Origin: Candidatus Bathyarchaeota archaeon
GTDB taxonomy: Archaea > Thermoproteota > Bathyarchaeia > 40CM-2-53-6
Length of the DNA stretch: 64,000 nucleotides
Reading direction: 5' to 3'
Assembly (NCBI GenBank): GCA_963726255.1
Contig: CAVSBL010000002.1
Coordinates: 2,272,001-2,336,000 of the forward strand
Part shown: in pieces, positions 19,137-29,045 of the stretch
Layout of the letters: each line of letters starts with the position of its first letter
Numbering within the stretch: position 1 is the first letter of the stretch
Notes under the pieces: model-generated
The model's database searches: none
What the model was told of the DNA's origin: nothing
Seen by the model: the letters and a program-made list of their open reading frames with translations, nothing else
Position numbers and translations under genes: made by a program

Positions 19137-20309
19137 TTGAGGCGCGTACTTGACCGCCGCGCGGTCATTTCACTGGTCCTTTCCAGGGCAGCCTATGCGA
19201 TCAATTGGTATAACGTTGCCGCGGTTTTCGCGTTCATAGCCTTTGACTACGGCCTGAACGTGTCGGGCCTGGGCATATTGACTGCAAGCTTCTACATTGG
19301 CTTGGGACTGTTTCAGATTCCGGGCGGAATAATTGCGGCGAAGCTCGGCCCTAGAAGAACTGCGATTTATGGAATGTTGTTATCTTCACTCGCAGTGTTG
19401 TTGACGGCGTTCACCTTTCAGTTCTACCAACTCGTACTCTTGAGATTCTTCGTCGGGGTCGGGATGGCCCTATTCTTTGGGCCAGGGGTCACGCTAATCG
19501 CGAAAGCATTCCGAAGGGAATCGCAGGGGCTTGGTGTTGGAACCTTCAACGGAGCTTTCTATGTTGGCGGCGCCGTTGGCCTCTTTGGATGGTCAGTTCT
19601 CGCTGACCTAACCGGCTGGCGGCTGAGCCTAGCTGCTAGCGGAGGACTGGGAATTCTGGGAGGCTTACTTCTCCTAGCCTACCTGCCTAAGGACGGTTTG
19701 CGTAAAGGATTCATTGTCAAAATGACGGACTTGAGAAAGGTTCTTTCAAACCGATCCTTATTCTTGCTCTCGTTCGAACTATTCGGGATAGGTAGCGGCC
19801 AAATTCTCATCAACACCTTCATGATTTACTACCTCGAACAATCCCTGAGGCTAGCGCCCGCCTCCGCAGGAATAATTGGGAGCCTAAGCCCGCTCTGCGC
19901 TATCCTCGCATCTCCACTCTTCGGCATCCTATACGACAAGACGAAAAGAACCCGTCTTCTTCTGTTCCTGCTTGGGACGGTGTTAGCAATTGCTGTTGCA
20001 ATAGCCTCGATAGGAAACATCTACTCCGCAATCGGCGCATCGCTAATTGCAGGTTCGAGCAGCGGCGCCTTCACGATCAGCTACTTGGCTGCCAGGAAGG
20101 TTCGCGCAGCGTCGGCGGAATATGAGACGCTTGCGGTGAGTTGGGTTAACACTATCCAAATGTTTGCAGGCTTCTGGTCCCCCGTCGCGTTCTCCCTCCT
20201 AGTCATATCATTCGGATACGGGACATCGTGGCTGGTTGGGGCAGCGTACACATTTCTCTTGATCTCAGCCATTCTCTTGGCAAAAGAGCGGCGTGGTACG
20301 GTAGCCTAG
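19137..20309 (+). CDS. MFS transporter
   Basis: About 12 TM; GGIIAAKLGPRR and GILYDKTKR motif A variants; start uncertain (track start 19050). Confidence 0.88.
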   Translation: MRRVLDRRAVISLVLSRAAYAINWYNVAAVFAFIAFDYGLNVSGLGILTASFYIGLGLFQIPGGIIAAKLGPRRTAIYGMLLSSLAVLLTAFTFQFYQLVLLRFFVGVGMALFFGPGVTLIAKAFRRESQGLGVGTFNGAFYVGGAVGLFGWSVLADLTGWRLSLAASGGLGILGGLLLLAYLPKDGLRKGFIVKMTDLRKVLSNRSLFLLSFELFGIGSGQILINTFMIYYLEQSLRLAPASAGIIGSLSPLCAILASPLFGILYDKTKRTRLLLFLLGTVLAIAVAIASIGNIYSAIGASLIAGSSSGAFTISYLAARKVRAASAEYETLAVSWVNTIQMFAGFWSPVAFSLLVISFGYGTSWLVGAAYTFLLISAILLAKERRGTVA

Positions 20310-21070
20310 TTCCTTTCTGTCAATTCCAGGAACTTGCCCAAGTACTCCTTGAGAAGCCTACGGTAACCATCCTCAGTGATGTCTTCGTTCAAGTTCGTCA
20401 TCAGATTCATGAAATATGGGAACTGGCTAGAGGCCGTCACAGGCAATTGAGGTAGGAGCCTCTCGTTCGATGCTTGGGCTCTGCCGCCAACGTCCGATAT
20501 TCTATGCCTCTTCATTTGAGCGAGTGCTCGCGCATTGTTTGCCATCATGGCCGCGTTAACCCATCTATCCTTCTTTGGGTCAGTGTATTTCACTGGTTCA
20601 TCTTTGACCCAACTCTGTAGGAAAGTGCTCAACTGGCCGTTCGGAAGGAAGCGGCCATCCCGGAAGACCTTCATCGCGATGTCGTCGGCATACAGGTCTT
20701 GAATGTTGTTTACAAGTTCGCCGATTATTCTCCGCTGGTATTCCTTTGAGAGGCGTTGCTTCGCCAGGCCGTTGACCACTTCTTCTATGATGCGGTGGTT
20801 GTGCGAGGGGTGATTAGTCTGCATTCGGTATACGTGGGACATTTCGTGCACCAGGAGCCCTTCAAGCATTCCTGACTCGACGGCCATTCCGGACACGACT
20901 ATCCTGAAGCCGTCACCTTGGGGAACCGTATACCCCATGAATGGAAGTTGCGGGTCAACGGCAACCTCCACGATATTGCCAACATCAAACCCAGACTTTC
21001 GCATCATGCCCATGGCGTTCTGATGGGCTTCCCTCACTCGCTCAACAGTAGCTTCGTTCTTTGCCAGCAT
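20306..21070 (-). CDS. Zincin-like metallopeptidase (DUF5781-like)
   Basis: LLVHEMSH (HExxH), HPSH. Confidence 0.7.
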   Translation of the reverse strand: MLAKNEATVERVREAHQNAMGMMRKSGFDVGNIVEVAVDPQLPFMGYTVPQGDGFRIVVSGMAVESGMLEGLLVHEMSHVYRMQTNHPSHNHRIIEEVVNGLAKQRLSKEYQRRIIGELVNNIQDLYADDIAMKVFRDGRFLPNGQLSTFLQSWVKDEPVKYTDPKKDRWVNAAMMANNARALAQMKRHRISDVGGRAQASNERLLPQLPVTASSQFPYFMNLMTNLNEDITEDGYRRLLKEYLGKFLELTERN

Positions 21071-21144
21071 TGTCAGTCGTGTGCAAGCTCCAACCTTAAG
21101 ACAGAGATAAATTGTAACGGTCTCCAGTTACGCATGAAGCTACG

Positions 21145-21639
21145 ATGTTTGCGATTTTTGAGCTCTACGATTATGCATCCCGCGTTCGGCGTAGGTTTGC
21201 GGATAGGCTTGCAGAATTGCCGTGGGAGACGTTGGAGAGGAATAGGGAGGCGAGTTTCTACAGCATGAAGAACATACTCCTGCATATGGTGGATAATGAG
21301 GATTGGATCGTCAACTGGGTCATACCCGGCCGGGGTGGTGATTACGTGCGCCGGAAGTGGGTTGAGTACACGAGCATTGGAATGGTGCTGGCGCATCTAG
21401 AGGAAGTTGAGAAGAAGACTCGAGCCTGGTTGGCGGGCATAGATGAGGACGGTTTGAGGCGGAAGGTGAGGTTCACTCTCTCCTCCGGAAACGAGTTCGA
21501 ACTCGTGATTGAGGAATATCTTCTCCAATCCTTCACCGAGCAACTATACCATATGGGTGAACTAACCGCGTTAATGTGGCAGGAAAACATCGAGCCGCCT
21601 AAGATGCAGTGGTTCTGGAACAACCCAAGAAGCAGCTAG
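21145..21639 (+). CDS. DinB family protein
   Basis: SMKNILLHMVDNEDW and EQLYHMGEL metal-ligand helices. Confidence 0.85.
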   Translation: MFAIFELYDYASRVRRRFADRLAELPWETLERNREASFYSMKNILLHMVDNEDWIVNWVIPGRGGDYVRRKWVEYTSIGMVLAHLEEVEKKTRAWLAGIDEDGLRRKVRFTLSSGNEFELVIEEYLLQSFTEQLYHMGELTALMWQENIEPPKMQWFWNNPRSS

Positions 21640-21774
21640 ACGAGGCAACACGCTGCCACATGATTTCTGCTTGGTAGAAATGTGGAACATTCCCCATTTG
21701 CGCTTTTTTCTCCAAGCCCCGTTAAATACGTTGACGGGTAAGGTGTCGGTGTTGAAGGCTGGAGGTGAGTCAAG

Positions 21775-21861
21775 ATGGCGAAGAAACGCAAAGTCAAGAT
21801 GAAGCTTGCAGAAAGTGGTCACGTTAAATCTGAAACCGGTCAAACCGAATACGTAGCATAA
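21775..21861 (+). CDS. Basic micro-peptide (28 aa)
   Basis: TTAAATA at 21722, GGAGGTGA SD at 21761, MAKKRKVKMKLAESGHVKSETGQTEYVA. Confidence 0.55.
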   Translation: MAKKRKVKMKLAESGHVKSETGQTEYVA

Positions 21862-21875
21862 GAGGGCTATAGTCT

Positions 21876-21916
21876 GCGGGACTGTTAATCCCGCCCTCTC
21901 CTCAGTTTTCTTTTTC
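21876..21916 (+). terminator. Hairpin plus oligo-T terminator
   Basis: GCGGGA-N7-TCCCGC stem followed by TTTTCTTTTT. Confidence 0.5.
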
Positions 21917-21994
21917 GAATAATCTGCTTCTGGTGAAAGTCTTACCTTCTAGTGGGTGGCCGTTAATCACAGCCGCTTTGCGGGTGTAGGGGAC

Positions 21995-23059
21995 CTAGAT
22001 TCGAGAGTAAATGTTGGAGGCCTGTGTTCCCTTGCTTTGAATTTCCTGCTCTATCTGCCTGAGCAGGAGTATTCGCTTGTATGTGGGTGGGTGCGTGGCG
22101 AAAGCTTCGTTGATGGACCGCCAGTGGGACTTCGCCTCCTGTTCCATCGCTAATTCAAGCTCATGCTCATCCAGTACACCGTTGTGATCGAGATCGTACC
22201 GACTCTTCTGTTCCAGAATCTCAGCGACCTCCTGCTTCGCTAGTGCAGGGTCCGCGATGAATAGGGCCCGGGCGCCGTGGGTGTCCTGCGGGGCAAGAGA
22301 AAGGCCGTACGTTATTCTAGTGAGGGCGCTTTCGAGGCTTCTAGGCGATTGCGTAAGGTATGCTGAGAAAACATCCGCGAAGCTTTCCCTAAGCCTGCTC
22401 AAGCGCAGGACTAGGAGTTGGGATATGAAATAGACGACTAAGGCAACTATGCCAGCCAAAACAATGTATCCAACTCCACTCTCCCGTTCCCCCCTCCTTC
22501 CGCCGCCTCCATAGACCTGGAAGCCAAACGCCGACCGAACTATCACGTATGCGATTAGTGGAATCGCGGACATGAATGTCATCACGATCGAGTCCTTGTG
22601 TCGAACATGACCAAGCTCGTGTGCAATGACTCCGTGAATCTCATCTTCGCTCAGCTGCGTTAACAGGCCTTGGTTGACGGCCAGGGTCATGTTCGATGAG
22701 GAGTTGCCGAAGACGAAAGCGTTAGGCGTCTGGTCGGGAACAATAGCTAGACGTGGCTGCTTCACGCCCGCCTCTTGGGCCAGCTTACTGACGGTCTGTT
22801 CTAGCCAAGCATTCTCGCCCGGCTTCAGGTAACGCAGCCGGGTCGTTAACCGAACAATATACGGGCTAATAGCGAATTCAATCAGCATGAAAATCACCGC
22901 CAGAACAAGTCCCCCGAACAATATGCCAGCAGGGGAAAAGTCGACGCCGACAGCAGCGCTGATGAAGAGGGAGACGACAGCTATGAAACCGATGAAAATG
23001 AAGAGCGTAATGATTACCGTGAAGTACATGGTGCCTTTCAGCTGCCCAAGGTTCGCCAA
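21995..23059 (-). CDS. htpX: Zinc metalloprotease HtpX (M48)
   Basis: TM helices, PNAFVFG, AHELGH, LSRLRESFAD, ATHPP. Confidence 0.93.
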   Translation of the reverse strand: MANLGQLKGTMYFTVIITLFIFIGFIAVVSLFISAAVGVDFSPAGILFGGLVLAVIFMLIEFAISPYIVRLTTRLRYLKPGENAWLEQTVSKLAQEAGVKQPRLAIVPDQTPNAFVFGNSSSNMTLAVNQGLLTQLSEDEIHGVIAHELGHVRHKDSIVMTFMSAIPLIAYVIVRSAFGFQVYGGGGRRGERESGVGYIVLAGIVALVVYFISQLLVLRLSRLRESFADVFSAYLTQSPRSLESALTRITYGLSLAPQDTHGARALFIADPALAKQEVAEILEQKSRYDLDHNGVLDEHELELAMEQEAKSHWRSINEAFATHPPTYKRILLLRQIEQEIQSKGTQASNIYSRI

Positions 23060-23148
23060 CGATTACCACGACTCAAACTTCGAGTTCGCATGCGAGAAGG
23101 AATAGAGACATTAAAGATTAGCTACCGTAATCCCGCAGTAGATTAGAC

Positions 23149-23904
23149 TTGGTCGCGGTCACGAAGGAAATAGCTTGCTCGCACTGCGCGGCACCCCTAC
23201 AGGTACAGCCTGGCGAGATTCTCGTAACATGCAGGTATTGCGGGTTCACAAGCTTCATTGAAACCGGTAAAGCGTTCGAGTTCGAGCATTCGCTCATCCT
23301 CAACTCCATCCAGGGGCCACAGGTTTTCAAGCTGGTTCAAAGCTGGATGGCCAGCAGCTTCATCGCGTCAAAGGACCTTCAGAAGAAATCAACCCTGGCC
23401 GAACAGAACCTGACCTACCTACCCATCTGGGTAGTCAGCGCCGAAGCCCAAACACATTACAAGGGAATCATAGAGCGCATCGCTCCACCCGTGCAGCAAG
23501 AAGGAGACATCTCAGACGAGTACGACTGGCTGGTGCTGGCTAGGAGGCAGACCGACTTTCCCACCCGCTCATACCACCTCTCGCTCGCCGGGAAAATCCC
23601 CTTCGACGCCGCCAGAATAGAAAGCGGCGCTAAGGTCTTGAACAGCGAGATGGATGCCGACGAGGCCGCCAGGCAAGCTCGGGACGAAATCGTGCACCTC
23701 CATGAGTACCTTGCCAAGGAGAAAATCGACAGAGTGGAGGACATTAAGACCACGTTCAACGTCACCAGCAATCTCTACCTCCACGCCCCCGTTTGGTTTG
23801 TAACCTACGTCTACAAGAACTCCCGATACCAAGTCCTGTTAGATGGCTCCTCATCGGAAGTTATCAAAGGTGACATGCCAAGTTCCGACTTCAAACTAAT
23901 GTAA
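23149..23904 (+). CDS. Zinc-ribbon protein (YdjG-like)
   Basis: CSHC/CRYC N-terminal ribbon; YLPIW and APVWFVTY...LLDG motifs. Confidence 0.7.
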   Translation: MVAVTKEIACSHCAAPLQVQPGEILVTCRYCGFTSFIETGKAFEFEHSLILNSIQGPQVFKLVQSWMASSFIASKDLQKKSTLAEQNLTYLPIWVVSAEAQTHYKGIIERIAPPVQQEGDISDEYDWLVLARRQTDFPTRSYHLSLAGKIPFDAARIESGAKVLNSEMDADEAARQARDEIVHLHEYLAKEKIDRVEDIKTTFNVTSNLYLHAPVWFVTYVYKNSRYQVLLDGSSSEVIKGDMPSSDFKLM

Positions 23905-23967
23905 GCCAATTCAGGCACGATTAATCCTTAAGAGCAAAAGCAGCTCTGTGGATTGTAGAGAACTTCC

Positions 23968-24504
23968 ATGGCCGCAAAGACACCCCTCGAACGAGTTCAG
24001 GAAAGCGACAGGCCCCTAGAACGCATAATGCTTCAGCTCCCCGGCTTCCGCGGGTACAAGGTTAGGGAGGAACGAAGGGAAGCCGACAGGATCCTGAGGG
24101 ACTACGTTTACCGTGCCCTCAAGGGCGCCCGAGACGACCTCATGGTCTGCTTCCAGCTCCTCAACAACGCTGGCACCCCAGAATTAATGGAGCCAACTAA
24201 CCAGCTCATCGCAAAGTTGGACCGAGTTGCTGAGAAGGTAAACCGTGCCTCATACGGGTACAGCGGGTTCTTTGACTCGGTGCGCATCGAAGTCCCTCAG
24301 CTGGATCAGATGGTGGCTTGCGACACGCAAATGATGGATACTGCACGGAAGTTGGCTGATTCAATTTCTAGTTTCAAAACGCAACTTAGCCAGGGGAAAC
24401 TCGAAGATACACGGAACACGGAGAATGCTCTTGACGCTTCGATTTCACAACTTGAAGCAACGTTTGACAAACGCAAGCAAGTGATTGAAGGAGTGGCCGT
24501 CTAA
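23968..24504 (+). CDS. Helical hypothetical protein, coupled to the SPFH gene
   Basis: PGFRGY..RE.RREAD, ASYGYSGFFD; TAATG overlap with the next gene. Confidence 0.75.
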   Translation: MAAKTPLERVQESDRPLERIMLQLPGFRGYKVREERREADRILRDYVYRALKGARDDLMVCFQLLNNAGTPELMEPTNQLIAKLDRVAEKVNRASYGYSGFFDSVRIEVPQLDQMVACDTQMMDTARKLADSISSFKTQLSQGKLEDTRNTENALDASISQLEATFDKRKQVIEGVAV

Positions 24505-25490
24505 TGCCGCAAGTTATCGAGTGGGTCAACGCGGGGCCCGACGACCTAGTGTACCGTTACCCTGACGAGAACATAGTTTGGGGAGCGCAACTAATCGTTC
24601 ACGAGTACGAGTACGCTGTCTTCTTCCGCGACGGCAAAAGCTACGATACCCTAGGCCCGGGTAGGCATACGTTAACAACACTGAACCTTCCCTTGATCAC
24701 AAAGGTTCTGCAAAAAATCGCTGGGTTTCAGCAGACACCCTTCAAGGCGAACGTAATCTTCGTTTCCAACAAGCAGTTCGCCGGGAAATTCGGGAATAGG
24801 GCCCAGACAACCGAACTCGCACCGCTCATGACCTTCGGTTCCTTCTGGTTTAGGGTCGAAGATGCTTCATTATTCGTGAATGAGGTTGTGGGCGGGCAGA
24901 ACGCGTACACGACTGCGGATGTTAACAATTTCCTACGAGGGTTCGTTAACGAAAAAATGATAGACACCCTCTCCAAGTACGACCTCCAGACAGTATTCAC
25001 AAAGCTTGACGAGACGTCGAATGACGTCAAAGCCAACCTTGTTGACTACTTCAAACGAATCGGGGTCCAGATGATCGACCTCAAATTCGAAGGAATCGAC
25101 ACAACGCCCGAATTCCGGGACAGGTTGTTCTGGTTGAAAACAGGCCGCGTCTCACCTGACGAAGTGATTAGAATGGAGACTGTGAAGGACGCTGCCGCGT
25201 CTCTAGGTGAATCTACAGAGGGGGGTGCGGCCTTCGGCGCCGGCATGGTTCTCGTGCCGCCATTATTCCAAACCGCCGGCGGGACGGCCCCTGCGGTGGC
25301 GCTGGTTGTCTGCCCGAACTGCCAGGCACATATCCCGTCAACATCAAAGTTCTGCCCCAACTGTGGCACAAACATAACCGGTTCCGAAACACAGCCTGCC
25401 CCTGCACCTGGAAAGAAATGTCCAAAGTGCAACAGCATCGCATCTGCAGGCGCCACGTTCTGCCAAAACTGCGGCGCGAAACTAACCTAA
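24504..25490 (+). CDS. SPFH/band-7 domain protein with double zinc ribbon (YdjI-like)
   Basis: QLIVHEYEYAVFFRDGK, GPGRHTL.T.NLP; four C-terminal CxxC. Confidence 0.88.
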   Translation: MPQVIEWVNAGPDDLVYRYPDENIVWGAQLIVHEYEYAVFFRDGKSYDTLGPGRHTLTTLNLPLITKVLQKIAGFQQTPFKANVIFVSNKQFAGKFGNRAQTTELAPLMTFGSFWFRVEDASLFVNEVVGGQNAYTTADVNNFLRGFVNEKMIDTLSKYDLQTVFTKLDETSNDVKANLVDYFKRIGVQMIDLKFEGIDTTPEFRDRLFWLKTGRVSPDEVIRMETVKDAAASLGESTEGGAAFGAGMVLVPPLFQTAGGTAPAVALVVCPNCQAHIPSTSKFCPNCGTNITGSETQPAPAPGKKCPKCNSIASAGATFCQNCGAKLT

Positions 25491-25606
25491 CCTTTCCTAA
25501 CGGGATACAAACCGAAAAGCGCACCGAACCAGTACAAAACTCGCAAGTACTCCATCAGCGGACCAAATCCGAAGTCTTATTTTCTCAATTTAAGCACTGT
25601 TTGCTC

Positions 25607-25771
25607 ATGGCAAGACGGAGAAGAAGACGTAGTCGCAGGAAACGCAGAGTCAGAAGACGGAAAACCAGTCCCGGAAGAAAAGCCAAGCGAATAATGCGTA
25701 AACATGCGAAGCACGCGCGGCGCAAAATCGGGAAACGCCTACTCGGATTAGGAAGAAAGCTCGCTAAGTAA
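25607..25771 (+). CDS. Arg/Lys-rich protamine-like small protein (54 aa)
   Basis: MARRRRRRSRRKRRVRRRKTSPGRKAKRIMRKHAKHARRKIGKRLLGLGRKLAK; no acidic residues; mixed Arg codons. Confidence 0.65.
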   Translation: MARRRRRRSRRKRRVRRRKTSPGRKAKRIMRKHAKHARRKIGKRLLGLGRKLAK

Positions 25772-25998
25772 ACAATTCGCGCAACTATTCATGGTTCTCA
25801 AAGCCGCAGTCCTCCGGCGGCCTAGACGAGCAAAACCGCTCCAAGCAAGAGGCCATAAGGCAAAGTTGAATCAACATAACTCGAACCGTCGTTTGTTGAG
25901 TAACGGACCGCTTCGAACGTCCGACACTGGCTCATATTGAAAAATAGAGGGGATAAGCCGGAATGGTCCGGCCCATCAAGTTGGATTCGGAGACGTGT

Positions 25999-26415
25999 TT
26001 ACTTGAATTTCTGAAGGTTGGCGTTGTCTTCGTTGAAGACCATGTCGAGCATAGCCAAGACTGATTTCTTAGTTGAAGCATCATCCAAGCCTTGCGCAAT
26101 GAATTCGCCTTCAACTACAACCTTTGTCTTCTGACCCATTGCGGTGTAGGTGTGCGTATGCTTCGTTCCTTTCATTGGACCAGCGAGCACTTCGGTATAC
26201 ATTGATGTAGGCGGGTTCATGGTGATCTTCCATGCCTCCGTGTACGTTGTTCCGTCGGGGCGCTTGACCTCGAGGTCGAGAGTCACTCCCTTTTCGGTTT
26301 GGTCGCGCATGCCGGTTACTTTGACTAAGCTGTGGGAGTGTTCGTCGTCGTTGATGTATCTCCAGATTTTTTCGACTGGGGCGTCGAAGACGCCTTCGTC
26401 TCTTATGTGAACCAT
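25999..26415 (-). CDS. SRPBCC/START-fold protein
   Basis: FDAPVEKIWRY N-terminal motif and C-terminal helix. Confidence 0.75.
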   Translation of the reverse strand: MVHIRDEGVFDAPVEKIWRYINDDEHSHSLVKVTGMRDQTEKGVTLDLEVKRPDGTTYTEAWKITMNPPTSMYTEVLAGPMKGTKHTHTYTAMGQKTKVVVEGEFIAQGLDDASTKKSVLAMLDMVFNEDNANLQKFK

Positions 26416-26518
26416 TTTCTGTCCCCCGACTATAACATATGACATGCATTTAACTGTTCTAAATCCGTCTAGCTGCCCGCGTCACTATTGTCAAGGACAC
26501 TTTGAACCGTTGGGTAGT

Positions 26519-27286
26519 CTACGACTCGCGCCATTTTGCTTTCAATAGGGCGAGTAATAGAAATGCGAGAGTGAACGCTGGAAGTGCGAGCCAGCTCACG
26601 AGGATTTGAGAGCCACTGGGCGAGATGCCCATGACGCTTCGAATTAGGTTTGCCGCGTGAGTCGTGGGAATGAGTTCGGCAACTGGCCTCAAGGCCGCTG
26701 GTAGCGTGGTGACTGGGTAGAAGACAGGGGGTAGGATTGAGAGGACGATCGAGATGAATGAGACAGTGATGAAGGCTGATCTGGTGTTTAGCACGTAGGT
26801 GGATAGGAAGAAGCCTATCGAGCTCGACATTACCCACGTCAGGATTATGACCAGGATCATTTCAAGCAGTGCCAGTAGGCCAAACCCGACCGTCGTGTAG
26901 GCGACGATGGCTGTTATCACGAACACTGCGGGGGCGGCGAACGCCAGTTCGGATAGTGCGACTGAGAACATGTAGGTGAACGGCGAAACCGGCGAAGCAA
27001 CGACCATAGATTGGAACTTGTGATCTATCTTCAAGCCTGTGAGGTCGGCGCCCAAGAATAGCCCTTGCTGGGTTGCGGTCATTGTGATTGCGCCAGCGAG
27101 CCCATATGCGAACGCGGTCCGTTGTCCCGCTACGAAGAGTATGAAGAGAATGGTGAATGGTGTTGCGAAGACGAAGGGCAGAAGCGTGGGTATCCTGAGC
27201 ATCGGCAAGACTCCAATATAGTACGCCAAAGCACCCGCAGCCCTCAAGTTCCTTCGCAATGAATCAATTAACGAGTCATTTTTCAT
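26519..27286 (-). CDS. ABC-2 type exporter permease
   Basis: About 6 TM; PVFYPV..LP, IPTTH. Confidence 0.88.
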   Translation of the reverse strand: MKNDSLIDSLRRNLRAAGALAYYIGVLPMLRIPTLLPFVFATPFTILFILFVAGQRTAFAYGLAGAITMTATQQGLFLGADLTGLKIDHKFQSMVVASPVSPFTYMFSVALSELAFAAPAVFVITAIVAYTTVGFGLLALLEMILVIILTWVMSSSIGFFLSTYVLNTRSAFITVSFISIVLSILPPVFYPVTTLPAALRPVAELIPTTHAANLIRSVMGISPSGSQILVSWLALPAFTLAFLLLALLKAKWRES

Positions 27287-28250
27287 AAATCGAAGTTCCC
27301 TTTGCTGGTTCAACTTTGTTGTTGGCGGGAAGGTCACGATCTATCTCTGAGCCAACAAGCTCGACGAAGACGTCGTCAAGGGACACGGGGCTGATCGAGA
27401 TCGCAACTCTCCGGTTTAGCGCTTCCTTACTAATTTCCTGAGCTTTCGTTTCGTCCGTGATGATTCGGAGAAGGTTTCCCGCGCGGACAACCTTCCCATA
27501 AGCTTGGAGTTCTTCGGCAGTGAAGCCATTGCTGACGTCGACTCTAATTCTCGCATCAAGATGCTTCTCCCTGACGTCCGAGGGGCTGCCGCTCGCCAGA
27601 ACTCTTCCCCTATCGATGATCGCAAGCTCGTCTGACAGTGATTCAGCTTCGTCCATGTAGTGTGTGGTGAGAACGATCGTGCGGCCTTCATCCCTCTTGA
27701 GCCTGATCAACTCATCCCAGACTTTCCTCCGGCTCAGTGGATCCAAGCCTATTGTTGGCTCGTCAAGAAAGATGAGTTCCGCGTCACAGGCGATAGCCAT
27801 TGCGATTAGAACCCGCTGCTTCATTCCACCCGACAGGTCCTCGGAACGAGTCTTCTCGACCTCCGTCAGTTCAAGTGTCTCAATAATTCGCTTCGCCTTG
27901 TGTGCCGCTTCGGAATGGCTTACCCCTCTCATCATGAGCGCGAGGACGATGTGGTCCTTCGCGGTGAGGGTCCAAAGCGGCCGACCTTCCTGGGGTGCGA
28001 TCGCAATCCGTTTTCTTATCGCCTTAGCATCCTTCAGCACATCTAGGCCGAGGACGCTGACTGAGCCGGAGGTAGGCAACAATTGGGTCGTGGCTATGCG
28101 GAGGAAAGTTGTCTTTCCGGCCCCGTTTCTCCCAAGAAGAGTGAATATTCTGCCCTCGTTCACTGTCAAGTCTAGGCCGTCTAGTGCCGGGATTTCGCTT
28201 TTCCCGTAGTACTTGACAAGCTTGCGTACTTCGATAATCGAGGAGGGCAA
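27276..28250 (-). CDS. ABC exporter ATP-binding protein
   Basis: GRNGAGKT, LSGGM, FLDEPT, TTHYMDEAE. Confidence 0.95.
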   Translation of the reverse strand: MPSSIIEVRKLVKYYGKSEIPALDGLDLTVNEGRIFTLLGRNGAGKTTFLRIATTQLLPTSGSVSVLGLDVLKDAKAIRKRIAIAPQEGRPLWTLTAKDHIVLALMMRGVSHSEAAHKAKRIIETLELTEVEKTRSEDLSGGMKQRVLIAMAIACDAELIFLDEPTIGLDPLSRRKVWDELIRLKRDEGRTIVLTTHYMDEAESLSDELAIIDRGRVLASGSPSDVREKHLDARIRVDVSNGFTAEELQAYGKVVRAGNLLRIITDETKAQEISKEALNRRVAISISPVSLDDVFVELVGSEIDRDLPANNKVEPAKGTSIYEK

Positions 28251-28393
28251 TGATGATTCACGCTTGGTTCCGACTCGAAAACACGCATGGTTCTATTGAA
28301 GATTGAGTCGGAGGTCTGCATTGACTTTCCTTGCTCTCACACTGTGCGGAAGCGAATTATGTGGCCTCAAAGTAGCCTTGTTTCCGTGTTCAA

Positions 28394-29044
28394 ATGGGCG
28401 ACGAGAAGTTCGAAATCGACCTCGGGAATCTTCTCTCAAGGCTCCTCCCCGACGAGAAAGACTCGGCTTTCAAGAAGTTGGACGCTGTCAAAGCGAAGCT
28501 TGTGGAGATGCACGACCGGAATCTAGTGAAGATCAATCATTCGGCTATGGAGGTTATCTGTGCTAAGGATTTGATTTTGAGGGGCTATGAGGTCGATGTT
28601 GAGCACGGCTTAGAAGAAGCGCTTGTCTGCGACCTGCTGGGAACCAAGGGCGGCGGAAGGGCCATAATTGAAATCGAGACGGGTTTCGTCCCCCCAGAGC
28701 ACGCATTGGATCCCACAGCCTTTTGCTCAGCTAGAATTGCCAGCAAGATAGCTCGGTACAGTAGATTCGCGGACAAATTCAGCTTAGCTTCACCCCTCTA
28801 CCAAGTCCTGCCAATTCCTTCACTCTTCCTGAAACCGCCGCGAGTGAGAGAGCAAGCGGAGCTGTTGGAAATGAAGACGCTGTGCGATCGCTACTACGAT
28901 AATCCACCCATAGTCCTGAAGGCGATAGCTACCGGTAGACTTCACTCGCTCTTCTTCATTGATGTGGACAGCGGGACACTGAGAGAGGTGGACCCTGAAA
29001 CTTATTCTGAGTCACTGAGTACGTGGGATAAGTTGAGAAGGTAA
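28394..29044 (+). CDS. Hypothetical protein with PD-(D/E)XK-like nuclease motif
   Basis: E helix (HSAME), GYEVDVE, VCDL...IIEIETG, SKIARY. Confidence 0.75.
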   Translation: MGDEKFEIDLGNLLSRLLPDEKDSAFKKLDAVKAKLVEMHDRNLVKINHSAMEVICAKDLILRGYEVDVEHGLEEALVCDLLGTKGGGRAIIEIETGFVPPEHALDPTAFCSARIASKIARYSRFADKFSLASPLYQVLPIPSLFLKPPRVREQAELLEMKTLCDRYYDNPPIVLKAIATGRLHSLFFIDVDSGTLREVDPETYSESLSTWDKLRR

Positions 29045-29045
29045 T

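Noticed and set aside
25418-25606. Long N-terminal extension of the Arg-rich ORF given in the track
   Set aside because: It overlaps the SPFH gene and differs in composition; ATG 25607 is the better start.
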